DNA of 64,000 bases, taken from the NCBI GenBank assembly GCA_035534875.1, contig DATLRB010000013.1:101315-165314 (forward strand), read 5' to 3'. The translations under genes were made by a program, and so were the position numbers. The notes beneath the pieces were generated by a model. It was not told where the DNA came from. It saw nothing but the letters and a program-made list of their open reading frames with translations, and ran no database searches. The stretch is from Candidatus Saccharimonadales bacterium. Lineage in GTDB: Bacteria; Chloroflexota; Dormibacteria; Aeolococcales; Aeolococcaceae. Each line of letters begins with the position of its first letter. Positions within the stretch are counted from its first letter, which is position 1. Of this stretch, positions 36,774 to 48,052 are shown in pieces.

Positions 36774-36795
36774 CGTTCGTTGATCGTTCGTCGAT
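36774..36795. repeat. Tandem 11-bp direct repeat just upstream of the fused ABC exporter start
   Basis: CGTTCGTTGAT (36774-36784) is immediately followed by CGTTCGTCGAT (36785-36795), with one mismatch and a period of one helical turn. Confidence 0.3.
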
Positions 36796-36854
36796 CCTCA
36801 GCGAGACAGGTGGACGCGGTCAGCGTAGCGCGAGTGGGCTCGCGAAGCGCCCGC

Positions 36855-37097
36855 CTATCCGGTGGCAGTCGACATCGACGGCGAAGCCCGGCGGCCGATC
36901 GCGTTGAGGATGCGGAGGGCGAACTCCGGGCTATCGGTCAGGGTGAGGCGGTACATGCCGGTCTCGTTGGTGCGGGGCTCGATCCGGATCACCCGGAGGC
37001 CGGCATCCTGCAGCGCGGCGAGCATGCGGGCAACACCGCCCTGACGGTGTTGCGTGGTCACCATGATGTCGCTGTCCCTGACGTCGATCGCGAGCAT
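36855..37097 (-). CDS. Small ACT-like domain protein (80 aa)
   Basis: High GC3. MLAIDVRDSDIMVTTQHRQGGVARMLAALQDAGLRVIRIE resembles a single ACT-type beta-alpha-beta-beta-alpha-beta unit. Upstream of and co-directional with the ABC exporter. Confidence 0.55.
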   Translation of the reverse strand: MLAIDVRDSDIMVTTQHRQGGVARMLAALQDAGLRVIRIEPRTNETGMYRLTLTDSPEFALRILNAIGRRASPSMSTATG

Positions 37098-37188
37098 TGC
37101 TCATCCCCTATCGCGGTTGAATCACGGTCGCATCATGGACTCGGCATCCTGTCAACTTCGTGAGCAAGCTGTCTCAGAGGGATTCCAC

Positions 37189-37542
37189 ATGTACGTCGGA
37201 TCGGTGGTGATCGACTGCAACGACTTCCCAGCCATGTACGCCTTCTGGATCGCGGCGCTTGGCTACGTGCCTCGAGATCCGCCCGACGACGGGTGGGCAG
37301 TGCTCCGGGACCCCCGGGGAGGCCACGTCAACGTGTCGCTCCAGCGGGTCCCGGAGCCACGGATGGGCAAGAACCGCCTCCACCTGGACCTGTACACCGA
37401 CGACCAGGCCGGTGAGGTGTCGCGGCTGGTGGCGCTCGGGGCGGTTCCCCACCCACGCACGCCGGAGCCCGGGGAGGACTTCGTGACCCTCGAGGATCCG
37501 GAGGGCAATCTCTTTGACGTGATCGACAAGGTGGGAGGGTGA
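37189..37542 (+). CDS. VOC/glyoxalase-like family protein
   Basis: MYVGSVVIDCNDFPAMYAFWIAALGY...RLHLDLYT...FVTLEDPEGNLFDV matches the glyoxalase-like fold pattern. ATG 37189 preferred over track start 37054. Confidence 0.8.
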   Translation: MYVGSVVIDCNDFPAMYAFWIAALGYVPRDPPDDGWAVLRDPRGGHVNVSLQRVPEPRMGKNRLHLDLYTDDQAGEVSRLVALGAVPHPRTPEPGEDFVTLEDPEGNLFDVIDKVGG

Positions 37543-38327
37543 GCATGGAATCGAGCCGCGCGCTGTTGGATCAACGGTGCTCCCTGCTCCGCTCCCTGCA
37601 TGTCGCGGGAGCGCCGCTGGTGCTGCCCAACGCGTGGGACGCGGCATCGGCCAGGGCGGTGGTCGCTGCCGGCTTCCCTGTGGTCGCGACGACCAGCGGC
37701 GGGGTGGCAGCGACGCTCGGGTATGCGGACGGCCAAGATGCGCCGCCGGACCAGATGTTTGCTGCGGCGACGCGAATAGCTCGCTCGGTCGATACCCCGG
37801 TGACCATTGACTCCGAAGCCGGCTATGGGCTCGCGCCGGAAGTGCTCGTCGAACGGCTCCTCGACGCCGGTGCGGCCGGATGCAATCTCGAGGACAGCGA
37901 CCACGCGGCGGGTGGTCTGATTGATGCGCAACGGCACGCCGAATGGCTCGCCGCCGTGCGCCGCGCGGCACTCGGTCGCGGCTTCGGGCTGGTGATCAAC
38001 GCGCGCATCGACGTCTTCATCGGACAGGACGTACAAAACGTCCCCGACTTGTTGCATGACGTCATCTCCCGAGCCCGCGCGTACATCGACGCCGGCGTCG
38101 ACTGCGTCTTTCCGATTGTCTTGAGCGACGTCGATGTCATCCGGGCGTTGCTGGATGCCATTCAGTTTCCGGTCAACATCTTTGGCGTTCCACCCGCGCC
38201 CTCATATTCCACGCTCAAGAAGATGGGCGTCGCGCGGATCAGCTATGGGAGTTCCCTACATCGGCAGTCGATGCGCGAGCTGGCGACAAATCTCGGCCAA
38301 CTCACGAGGTGGTCCCGCCGGCGTTGA
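37539..38327 (+). CDS. Isocitrate lyase/PEP mutase superfamily enzyme
   Basis: LPNAWDAASARAVVAAGFPVVATTSGGVA, IDSEAGYG, GCNLEDS. The start overlaps the VOC stop (GTGA). Confidence 0.85.
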   Translation: MSMESSRALLDQRCSLLRSLHVAGAPLVLPNAWDAASARAVVAAGFPVVATTSGGVAATLGYADGQDAPPDQMFAAATRIARSVDTPVTIDSEAGYGLAPEVLVERLLDAGAAGCNLEDSDHAAGGLIDAQRHAEWLAAVRRAALGRGFGLVINARIDVFIGQDVQNVPDLLHDVISRARAYIDAGVDCVFPIVLSDVDVIRALLDAIQFPVNIFGVPPAPSYSTLKKMGVARISYGSSLHRQSMRELATNLGQLTRWSRRR

Positions 38328-38339
38328 AGGGACCCGGCG

Positions 38340-38471
38340 ATGGCGACTGATCCGCTCTCGGGGACCGACCCCTTCGTGAGCGGCTGCATCGGCGCGTTGA
38401 TCATCGGTTTCGTCATCGTGGGCACCCGACACGGCCTCAGCCCGGAACGGTGTTCACGCAACACCCGTTAG
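38340..38471 (+). CDS. Candidate small membrane protein (43 aa), absent from the ORF track
   Basis: ATG 38340 lies 7 nt after GAAGGGA. MATDPLSGTDPFVSGCIGALIIGFVIVGTRHGLSPERCSRNTR. One hydrophobic helix. About 34 of 43 third codon positions are G/C by my hand count. Confidence 0.3.
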   Translation: MATDPLSGTDPFVSGCIGALIIGFVIVGTRHGLSPERCSRNTR

Positions 38472-38481
38472 TGCATCGACG

Positions 38482-39243
38482 ATGTTTGCACCCCGGGGCA
38501 GCTCATTCACCGTGGCCACGTCCGACCGAGGGGCATTGTCCTTCGTCGTGCTCGCGGCGGTTCTCACCGCGGCGCTCGCGGCGTGCGCCGGCGCGGCGCC
38601 GGCGCGACCAACTTCGAGTCCGCTGCCCAGCACTCCGTCGCCCGCAACTCCCTCACCCGAACCAAGTGCCCTGCCGAGCGTCGCACCAACCGCGGCACCA
38701 ACCGTGGCGCCTACCCCGTCCCCGACACCGCCGATCGTGACTGCCGGCGAGCCGACCTGCGCGAGTTCACAGTTGCAGATCGCATACTCGCAGGCGCTCG
38801 GCGGAGGGGCCGCTGGGAGCTTCGTCGTGGCGCTCGGGATCTGGAATCGTGGCAGCCGACCGTGCAAGCTGCGCGGCTGGGCGACCGTGCAATTCCTCAA
38901 TCCCACTGGCGGTCTCGTGCCCGCCCACTGGGTGGAGACCACGTCGGACTTTTCGGGAAGCGCGGAATCAAGGGTGGTCAGTCTCCTCCCCTGCGCCGGA
39001 GCAGGCGGGTGTGCGCCCGATTCCACTCCCGCCGCGTACATCAGCGTCGCCGGCGACGACGTCATCGAGCCATGCGTGACGGCGGCAAGTGTTCGCGTCG
39101 TCGTACCCGGGTCGTCGACGCCGGTTGTCGTCAATCTCCGTGCCTCTGGTTTCGAGGATGGGCAGATCTTCTGTTCCGACGGGGAGGTATGGCTCCTTCC
39201 GATCTTGTCCCCGTTCTCGGTACTCGGACCGCAGCTGCCCTAA
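38482..39243 (+). CDS. Secreted lipoprotein, DUF4232-like
   Basis: Signal peptide with lipobox (VLTAALAAC), a Pro/Thr/Ser-rich linker, then CASSQLQIAY...GSRPCKLRGW, characteristic of the DUF4232 family of actinobacteria. Confidence 0.75.
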   Translation: MFAPRGSSFTVATSDRGALSFVVLAAVLTAALAACAGAAPARPTSSPLPSTPSPATPSPEPSALPSVAPTAAPTVAPTPSPTPPIVTAGEPTCASSQLQIAYSQALGGGAAGSFVVALGIWNRGSRPCKLRGWATVQFLNPTGGLVPAHWVETTSDFSGSAESRVVSLLPCAGAGGCAPDSTPAAYISVAGDDVIEPCVTAASVRVVVPGSSTPVVVNLRASGFEDGQIFCSDGEVWLLPILSPFSVLGPQLP

Positions 39244-39379
39244 TAGGTGTCACGCCGGCCGGATCCTGCCGCCGCGGGAGCGAACGATCCGGATTCCCGG
39301 GATTGGCAGGCGGAATTCGAGATGCACGGCGGCGGGCAAGCTTGTCGGGTTGGTGAAATCGCCCGAACCGATGCTCCCG

Positions 39380-40321
39380 CTACTCGCTGCCCAGTGGTAT
39401 CTCGAGCGACGCTCGCCAATCCGGGCTGTGCAGGAAGGCTTTGAACGCGCTGGCCGCGGGGCTCAGCAGGCGATCGCGCGCCCAGGTCACATGCCACATC
39501 CGCTCCACCGGAAATCCGTCCACCCGCAGCGGTCTCAACAGCCCGAGCTGGAGCTCGAGGCGAACCGCGTACGTCGACAGCACGGTGACACCCAGGCCAC
39601 CGGCGACGGCGCGCTTCAGGGCGCCGTTGCTCGCCATCTCCATGGCGGGAATCGGTTCGGCGCCGGCGCTGCGCAGGATCCGTTCGGCGGACTCGCGCGT
39701 GCCCGATCCGCGTTCGCGCAGCAACAGTGGCCCGTCGAGCAGGTCGATGGGTTGCAGGGGTTCGCGTTCCGCCAACGGATGGCCGGGAGCGCAGAAGCAC
39801 ATCAACGAGTTCTCGAGAAACGGCTCGGCCGCGAGCACCTCGTCCTCCCACAGCGTCCCGATGACGCCGACGTCTGCCACGCCCTCCAGAAGCAGTTCGC
39901 GCACCTGTACCCGGTTGACGACGTCGAGGCTGAGCGCGACGCCGAGGTGCTCGCGATGGAAAGCCGCCATCGCGTCCGGGAGCACGTAGATCCCGACTGT
40001 GGTGTCACCCGCGACGCGCACCCTCCCGGCCCGGAGGCCGGCCACATCCTCGATGGCTTCCTGCGCGTCACCGATCATCGCCAGGATGCGACCGGCGCGC
40101 TCGTGAAGCGCCTGCCCAACCGCGGTGAGCACGGGAGCCCGGCTCCCCGGATCCAGGAGCGGCTGGCCCACCGCCCGCGCAAGGGCCTGCATCTGATGAG
40201 TCACGGCCGGCTGCGTCAGGGAGAGCGCCTCAGCGGCGCGGGTGAAGCTGCGGTGCTCGATGACGCTCATGAAGATTCGCAGCTGGCGGAGCGTGATGCT
40301 CCGTTCGAGGTTGGTATCCAT
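39380..40321 (-). CDS. cbbR: LysR-family transcriptional regulator, probable CbbR
   Basis: LysR HTH LRQLRIFMSVIEHRSFTRAAEALSLTQPAVTHQMQAL plus an effector domain. Divergently transcribed from prk-cbbLSX, the classical CbbR position. Confidence 0.85.
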   Translation of the reverse strand: MDTNLERSITLRQLRIFMSVIEHRSFTRAAEALSLTQPAVTHQMQALARAVGQPLLDPGSRAPVLTAVGQALHERAGRILAMIGDAQEAIEDVAGLRAGRVRVAGDTTVGIYVLPDAMAAFHREHLGVALSLDVVNRVQVRELLLEGVADVGVIGTLWEDEVLAAEPFLENSLMCFCAPGHPLAEREPLQPIDLLDGPLLLRERGSGTRESAERILRSAGAEPIPAMEMASNGALKRAVAGGLGVTVLSTYAVRLELQLGLLRPLRVDGFPVERMWHVTWARDRLLSPAASAFKAFLHSPDWRASLEIPLGSE

Positions 40322-40423
40322 TAGACAATCTTATTGAAGAAATAGAAATCATGCATTGGACGGCAGTATGCCGACGTTCTATGGTCCATCCATGGTTGAT
40401 CTCCCGCGCGACCGGCGAACGCG
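40321..40423. promoter_or_regulatory. Divergent cbbR / prk-cbbLSX control region
   Basis: The only AT-rich stretch in this neighbourhood (TTAGACAATCTTATTGAAGAAATAGAAATCATGCATTGG). TTAGACAATCTTA at 40321-40333 fits the TNA-N7-TNA pattern described for CbbR/LysR boxes. Confidence 0.5.
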
Positions 40424-42918
<2,495 letters not shown>

Positions 42919-42929
42919 GGAGCACGCAG

Positions 42930-43352
42930 ATGCACGTCACCCAGGGAACGTTCTCCTACCTTCCTCCGCTCACCGACGCACAGGTGAAAGCGCAGGTGCA
43001 GTACGCGCTCGACAACGGTTGGGCGCTCTCGGTGGAATTCACCGACGACCCACACCCGCGCAACTTCCTCTGGGACATGTGGGGACTTCCCATGTTCGAT
43101 CTGCGCGATCCCGCAGCGATCCTGCTCGAGGTACAGCGCTGCCGCGACACGTATCCGGCACGCTACATCCGAGTCAACGCATACGACCGCACGCTCGGAC
43201 GCCAGACCACCGCGCTCAGCTTCATCGTGCAGCGCCCGAAGAACGAGCCGGGCTTCCGGCTGGACCGTCAGGAGGGTGCCGACCGGCAGGTCCGCTACAC
43301 CCTGCACGCATACGCGGCCGACCGCCCCCCCGGCGAGCGGTACGACGACTGA
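42930..43352 (+). CDS. cbbS: RuBisCO small subunit
   Basis: [61 protein letters not shown] lies 8 nt upstream of ATG 42930. Embedded in a longer spurious track ORF (42309..43352). Confidence 0.95.
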   Translation: MHVTQGTFSYLPPLTDAQVKAQVQYALDNGWALSVEFTDDPHPRNFLWDMWGLPMFDLRDPAAILLEVQRCRDTYPARYIRVNAYDRTLGRQTTALSFIVQRPKNEPGFRLDRQEGADRQVRYTLHAYAADRPPGERYDD

Positions 43353-43355
43353 GCT

Positions 43356-44396
43356 GTGACCCAGGACGCTCACGTCCCCTTCGGGATGCCCCGCCCTTCG
43401 GCGCTCGATCTCGCCACGTCGGTTCCGGAGATGGTGGCCGGGAACGGTGATGCCGCGCCCTCCGACGTGGAGTCAGGAGATGCGGCCGGCGCGGGTGTCA
43501 ATGTCGAAGCAGAGGCTCGGGACTCCGGCGTGTTCGAGGTGATCGACGACCTCGACCGCGAGCTCGTCGGGCTGGATCCCGTCAAGACCCGGATCCGCGA
43601 GATCGCCTCGCTGCTCGTCGTCGACATGGCGAGGCGGCGTTTCGGGCTCGAGGCGGAACGGCCGAACCTGCACATGTGCTTCACCGGGAGCCCTGGCACT
43701 GGCAAGACCACCGTCGCGATGCGCATGGCAGCGGTGCTGCACCGTCTCGGCTATCTCGCCAGGGGACACCTCGTTGCGGTCACGCGCGACGAGCTCGTCG
43801 GACAGTACATCGGGCACACCGCGCCGAAGACGCGCGAGATCCTGAAACGCGCCATGGGCGGTGTGCTCTTCATCGATGAGGCGTATTACCTCCACCGTCA
43901 GGAGAACGAACGTGACTACGGCCAGGAGGCGATCGAAATCCTGTTGCAGGTCATGGAGAACCAGCGCAGTGACATCGTCGTGATCCTGGCGGGATACCGC
44001 GACCGCATGGACCAGTTCTTCAGCAGCAACCCCGGCATGGGATCACGGATCGCGCACCACATCGACTTCCCCGACTACGACCTGGATTCGCTGGTCGCGA
44101 TCGCGCGGATCATGCTTGACCGTCAGCGGTACACCTTCTCGGCCGGCGCCGAGCCGGCGTTTCGGGAGTTGATGTCGCGGCGCATGACCCAGCCCCGGTT
44201 TGCGAACGCGCGCAGCGTGCGCAACGCCCTGGAGCGGGCGCGGCTGCGCCAGGCCAACCGGCTCGTCTCGGACGGGAGGCTCCTGACCCGCGACGATCTG
44301 ATGCGCATCGACGCGGAGGACATCTACAAGAGCCGATGGTTCAGCGAAGCCCCCGACGAGGCGATGCTCGACGAGCGAATCCTGCCCGCCGGCTAG
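43356..44396 (+). CDS. cbbX: CbbX-type AAA+ RuBisCO activase
   Basis: Walker [10 protein letters not shown], Walker [31 protein letters not shown]. Directly follows cbbS, as in red-type operons. N-terminal ~45 aa extension. Confidence 0.9.
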   Translation: MTQDAHVPFGMPRPSALDLATSVPEMVAGNGDAAPSDVESGDAAGAGVNVEAEARDSGVFEVIDDLDRELVGLDPVKTRIREIASLLVVDMARRRFGLEAERPNLHMCFTGSPGTGKTTVAMRMAAVLHRLGYLARGHLVAVTRDELVGQYIGHTAPKTREILKRAMGGVLFIDEAYYLHRQENERDYGQEAIEILLQVMENQRSDIVVILAGYRDRMDQFFSSNPGMGSRIAHHIDFPDYDLDSLVAIARIMLDRQRYTFSAGAEPAFRELMSRRMTQPRFANARSVRNALERARLRQANRLVSDGRLLTRDDLMRIDAEDIYKSRWFSEAPDEAMLDERILPAG

Positions 44397-44480
44397 ACGG
44401 TGACGTTGCGTTTGATCGGCGGGTCGACGAACCCGGTGGTCGTCCGCTCGCATCACTTCAGCGCGCTCGCGGACCTTCGC

Positions 44481-45626
44481 TCAGCAGATCCTCGGCAGGG
44501 GGTCTCCGATCAGCATGTCGACGACGCGGGTGCCGCCGAAGCTCGTGTGGATGAAGACCATGCCTTCAGGATCGGCCATCACCTCGCCGATCACGGCTGC
44601 CTCGGCGCCCTCGGGGCGGGAGCGCATGAGGTCGAGGGCGCGCGACGCATGCTCGCGTGCGACGACGGCGACCAGCTTGCCCTCATTGGCGATGTACAGC
44701 GGATCGATCCCGAGGATCTCGGCAACCCCGCGCACCTCGTCGTGGACCGGAAGCGAGTCCTCGTCGATGGCCACGGCCACTCCGGCAGCCTGGGCGATCT
44801 CGTTGAGCACAGTCGCAACACCGCCCCGGGTCGCGTCCCGCATGAAATGCACGTCGATGCCGTCGGCGAGGAGTGCCGCGGTCAATCCGTGCAGGGGCAT
44901 GGTGTCGCTGCGCAGGTTGTCGGCCTCGAGGTCCACGTCGCCGCGGGCGAGCATCACGGTGGCGCCGTGATCGCCCATCGCGCCGCTGAGAATCACAACG
45001 TCGCCCGGCGCGACCCGCTGGATCGCGGCACGCTGTGGGAGCGGAACGACCCCAACCCCCGTCGTCGTGATGAAGAGCTGGTCGGCCTTGCCGCGGGGCA
45101 CCACCTTGGTGTCACCGGTGACCACGTTGACGCCGGCGCGGTCGGCGGCCCGGCGCATCGATTCGACAACCCTGCGCAGCACCGCCACGTCCAGCCCCTC
45201 CTCGAGGATGAACGCGGCCGAGATGCCGAGCGTGGTCGCGCCCCCGACCGCAAGGTCGTTGATGGTGCCGTTGACGGCGATTTCGCCGATGTCCCCTCCC
45301 GGGAAGAAGAGCGGGCTGACCACGAATGAGTCGGTCGTGACCGCCAGGCCGATGTGGTCCACGCCCGGGAGCACGAGCACGGCCTGGTCTCCGAGCTGGT
45401 CGAGCACCGGGTTGCTGAGGATGTCGCCGAAGAGCGCGGTCACGAGCGTGTGACTCGCCTTGCCTCCGGCGCCGTGACTCATGGTGATCGCGTCCTCACG
45501 CAGTGTCGGCTTGCGCTTGCGAATCTCCGCGATGCGCTCGAGGACTCGCTGCTCGGGGTCGGCGATCCGCGCTGACTTCGCTCTGATCGCGGCACCACTT
45601 CCAGGTTGGACGACGGTGTCGGTCAT
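44481..45626 (-). CDS. hypE: Hydrogenase maturation protein HypE
   Basis: MSHGAGGKASH motif, AIR-synthase-like domains, C-terminal GDPLPRIC (thiocyanate-carrying Cys). Start overlaps the hypD stop. Confidence 0.93.
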   Translation of the reverse strand: MTDTVVQPGSGAAIRAKSARIADPEQRVLERIAEIRKRKPTLREDAITMSHGAGGKASHTLVTALFGDILSNPVLDQLGDQAVLVLPGVDHIGLAVTTDSFVVSPLFFPGGDIGEIAVNGTINDLAVGGATTLGISAAFILEEGLDVAVLRRVVESMRRAADRAGVNVVTGDTKVVPRGKADQLFITTTGVGVVPLPQRAAIQRVAPGDVVILSGAMGDHGATVMLARGDVDLEADNLRSDTMPLHGLTAALLADGIDVHFMRDATRGGVATVLNEIAQAAGVAVAIDEDSLPVHDEVRGVAEILGIDPLYIANEGKLVAVVAREHASRALDLMRSRPEGAEAAVIGEVMADPEGMVFIHTSFGGTRVVDMLIGDPLPRIC

Positions 45627-46837
45627 CGCGCCTGCACCGGAATGGGTCGCAGGTCACGCTCGGCGACGGCTGTACCGGCATAGCCGTTGCCATCGCCACC
45701 GGCATGCTCGCCCGACGCCAGCACCCGCTCGCGCTCACGCGCTCGCGAGTACCTGCCGAAGTTGTAGTACGCGGCGCAGGCTCCCTCGGACGACACCATG
45801 CAGGTGCCGATAGGCGTTTCCGGCGTGCACGCCGTGCCGAACACCTTGCACTCCCACGGCTTGAGGACGCCCTTGAGGACTTCCCCGCACTGGCATGCCT
45901 TGGGGTCGGCGACGCGGACACCGGGAACGGAGAACACCTTCTCGGCGTCGTAGTGGGCGAACTCGTCCTGCAGTTCGAGGGCACTCTGGCTGATGAACCC
46001 GAGGCCGCGCCACTCGAAGTGCGAGCGCAACTTGAACACGCGCGCGAGGACCTCGAGCGCCTTGGGATTGCCGTCGTCGTGCACCACGCGCTTGTACTGG
46101 TTCTCGACCTCGCAGCGCCCTTCACGGATCTGCCGGATGATCATGTGCACGCCCTGGAGGATGTCGAGTGGTTCGAATCCGACAATGACCACCGGCTTGT
46201 TGTAGTTGCTGGTCACGAACTCGAATGGCCTGATCCCCACGACGGTGGAGACGTGGCCTGGGCCGAGGAAACCGTCGAGCTGCACGTCCGGCGAGTCGAG
46301 GATCGCCTTCAACGGCGGAATGATCGTGACGTGGTTGCAGAACACAAAGAGATTGCGAATCCCCTCCGCTTTGGCACGCATCAAGGTCAGCGCCGTCGAC
46401 GGTGCCGTGGTCTCGAAGCCGATCGCATAGAAGACGACCTTGCGATCCGGGTTCTGCTGGGCGATCTTGAGCGCGTCGAGCGGCGAGTACACCATGCGCA
46501 CATCGGCACCGGCAGCCTTGGCGTCGAGCAGGCTGCCCTCGCTGCCCGGGACGCGCATGAGGTCGCCGAAGCAGGTGAAGATGACTCCCGGCTCATGGGC
46601 GACCGCGATGCCGTCGTCGAGACGGCCCATGGGAATCACGCAGACCGGGCATCCGGGTCCGTGCACCAGCTCGACGTTGCCCGGCAACAGGTCCTCGATG
46701 CCGTACTTGAAGATCGTGTGTGTGTGCCCACCACACACCTCCATGATCTTCCAGTGCTTGTCTCCTGACTCGGCTCCGATTCGCGCACCCAGAGCCCGAG
46801 CGATGTCCGCGTCGCGGAACTCGTCTGCGAACTTCAT
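45623..46837 (-). CDS. hypD: Hydrogenase maturation protein HypD
   Basis: MKFADEFRD, MEVCGGHTH, VHGPGCPVCV, GFETTAP, C-terminal Cys cluster ...CTPETPIGTCMVSSEGACAAYY. ATG 46837 overlaps the hypC stop (ATGA). About 35 aa C-terminal tail. Confidence 0.93.
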   Translation of the reverse strand: MKFADEFRDADIARALGARIGAESGDKHWKIMEVCGGHTHTIFKYGIEDLLPGNVELVHGPGCPVCVIPMGRLDDGIAVAHEPGVIFTCFGDLMRVPGSEGSLLDAKAAGADVRMVYSPLDALKIAQQNPDRKVVFYAIGFETTAPSTALTLMRAKAEGIRNLFVFCNHVTIIPPLKAILDSPDVQLDGFLGPGHVSTVVGIRPFEFVTSNYNKPVVIVGFEPLDILQGVHMIIRQIREGRCEVENQYKRVVHDDGNPKALEVLARVFKLRSHFEWRGLGFISQSALELQDEFAHYDAEKVFSVPGVRVADPKACQCGEVLKGVLKPWECKVFGTACTPETPIGTCMVSSEGACAAYYNFGRYSRARERERVLASGEHAGGDGNGYAGTAVAERDLRPIPVQAR

Positions 46838-47160
46838 GACGGCTTTCCGTTGCCCTCGCGATAGTCGGCACCGACGAGCCCGTCCTCCATTGCCTGCCAC
46901 TCGCGGATCTGCTCGACCTCGTCGGTATACGCGGAGCCCATCTCCTCGAGAATGCGCAAGGTCTCAGCCGCCTCGGTCTCGCTGACCCGGCTCAGCGCGA
47001 AACCGACATGCACGAGCACGTACTCGCCGGGCTCGGTGGCGTCCTCACCCACCAGCAGCGATGTGTTGATCCGACGCTGGACTCCGCCGAGTTCGACCTT
47101 GCCGTACAGGCGATCCTCGTCGACGTACTCGACGAGACGGGCTGGAATCGCTAGGCACAT
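46834..47160 (-). CDS. hypC: Hydrogenase maturation chaperone HypC
   Basis: Canonical N-terminus MCLAIPARLVE and the ...GEYVLVHVGFAL core. Confidence 0.9.
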   Translation of the reverse strand: MCLAIPARLVEYVDEDRLYGKVELGGVQRRINTSLLVGEDATEPGEYVLVHVGFALSRVSETEAAETLRILEEMGSAYTDEVEQIREWQAMEDGLVGADYREGNGKPS

Positions 47161-47828
47161 GCCGGCTCTCCTTCAAGTGCACGTAGCACCAACTCGGCGA
47201 GGAGGTGATAGAGCGTCATCTGGACCTCCTGAATCCGGTGGACGCTGCTGGATCGAACGATGAAGCAATGCTCGGTGACCTGTTCGCGAGCAAGACGTCC
47301 TCCGTCGTACCCGCAGATCGCGATGGTGCTCATGCCCCTGCGCCGGGCTTCGCCGAGCCCGCGGACGAGGTTCTCCGAATTGCCGCTGGTCGACACGGCG
47401 AGCACGACGTCGTCGGGCCGCCCCAGGGCGATGATCTGACGGACGAACACATCCCCGAATCCGACGTCGTTGCCGATAGCGGTGATCACCGCAATGTCGT
47501 TGGTGAGGCAGATCGCGGGGATCGGTCGACGGCCGCCGGACGGAACGAGCATTTCGGTCACCATGTCCGCCGCCGAGGTGGCGCTGCCGCCGTTGCCGAG
47601 CGCCAGCAGCCTCCCCTCTTTCTGAAAAGCGGCCGCCATCTCATCGGCGGTCCGGACGATCTCATCGCCGAATTCGTCGAGCAATTCCAGGCGGAGGCGG
47701 TTGCTCTCCGCGGATTTTTCGATCGGTGCGCTCGCCAGTTCGAGGATGAGGTCGTCGCCCGCGGCCGGCTGAGGGCGCAACATCGGGTAGAGCAGCTGCG
47801 AGAACGGGTCGCGTCCGGATTGCGTCAC
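47151..47828 (-). CDS. SIS-domain protein, GmhA (phosphoheptose isomerase)-like
   Basis: LGNGGSATSAADM, GNDVGFGDVFVRQ, STSGNSENL, RIQEV all match the GmhA pattern. GTG 47828 overlaps the stop of the upstream HypC-like gene (GTGA); the track start is TTG 47852. Confidence 0.85.
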   Translation of the reverse strand: MTQSGRDPFSQLLYPMLRPQPAAGDDLILELASAPIEKSAESNRLRLELLDEFGDEIVRTADEMAAAFQKEGRLLALGNGGSATSAADMVTEMLVPSGGRRPIPAICLTNDIAVITAIGNDVGFGDVFVRQIIALGRPDDVVLAVSTSGNSENLVRGLGEARRRGMSTIAICGYDGGRLAREQVTEHCFIVRSSSVHRIQEVQMTLYHLLAELVLRALEGEPACA

Positions 47829-48052
47829 GCGCCCGCCTCCACCGGATCGCAACGCTGCAGGGCGACGCCTCCGTGACAGAGGAGCACATCGCCGATGGTG
47901 ACGCCGTCGAGCAGATCCGTGCCGACTTCGGCTCCCAATCCGTTGATCGTGCCCCGAGCGGTGCCCGCGGCTTTGTCGACACCGGTGACCAATATGGTGA
48001 GGAGCTGGTCAGAACAGGTGATGCACATCTCGTCGTGACACTCGGCGCTCAT
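47825..48052 (-). CDS. HypC/HupF-family paralog with Cys-x-x-Cys N-terminus
   Basis: (MSAECHDE)MCITCSDQLLTILVTG...GDVLLCHGGVALQR aligns with the HypC fold. ATG 48052 overlaps the stop of the upstream SIS gene (ATGA). The internal ATG 48028 would give the usual Met-Cys N-terminus. Confidence 0.7.
   Translation of the reverse strand: MSAECHDEMCITCSDQLLTILVTGVDKAAGTARGTINGLGAEVGTDLLDGVTIGDVLLCHGGVALQRCDPVEAGA

Noticed and set aside
46168-46182. GGTTCGAATCC, the consensus tRNA T-loop sequence.
   Set aside because: The flanking bases (AGTGG / CCGAC) cannot form a T-stem and no acceptor or anticodon arms are present. It lies inside the well-supported hypD coding sequence. I found no tRNA or rRNA anywhere in the window.
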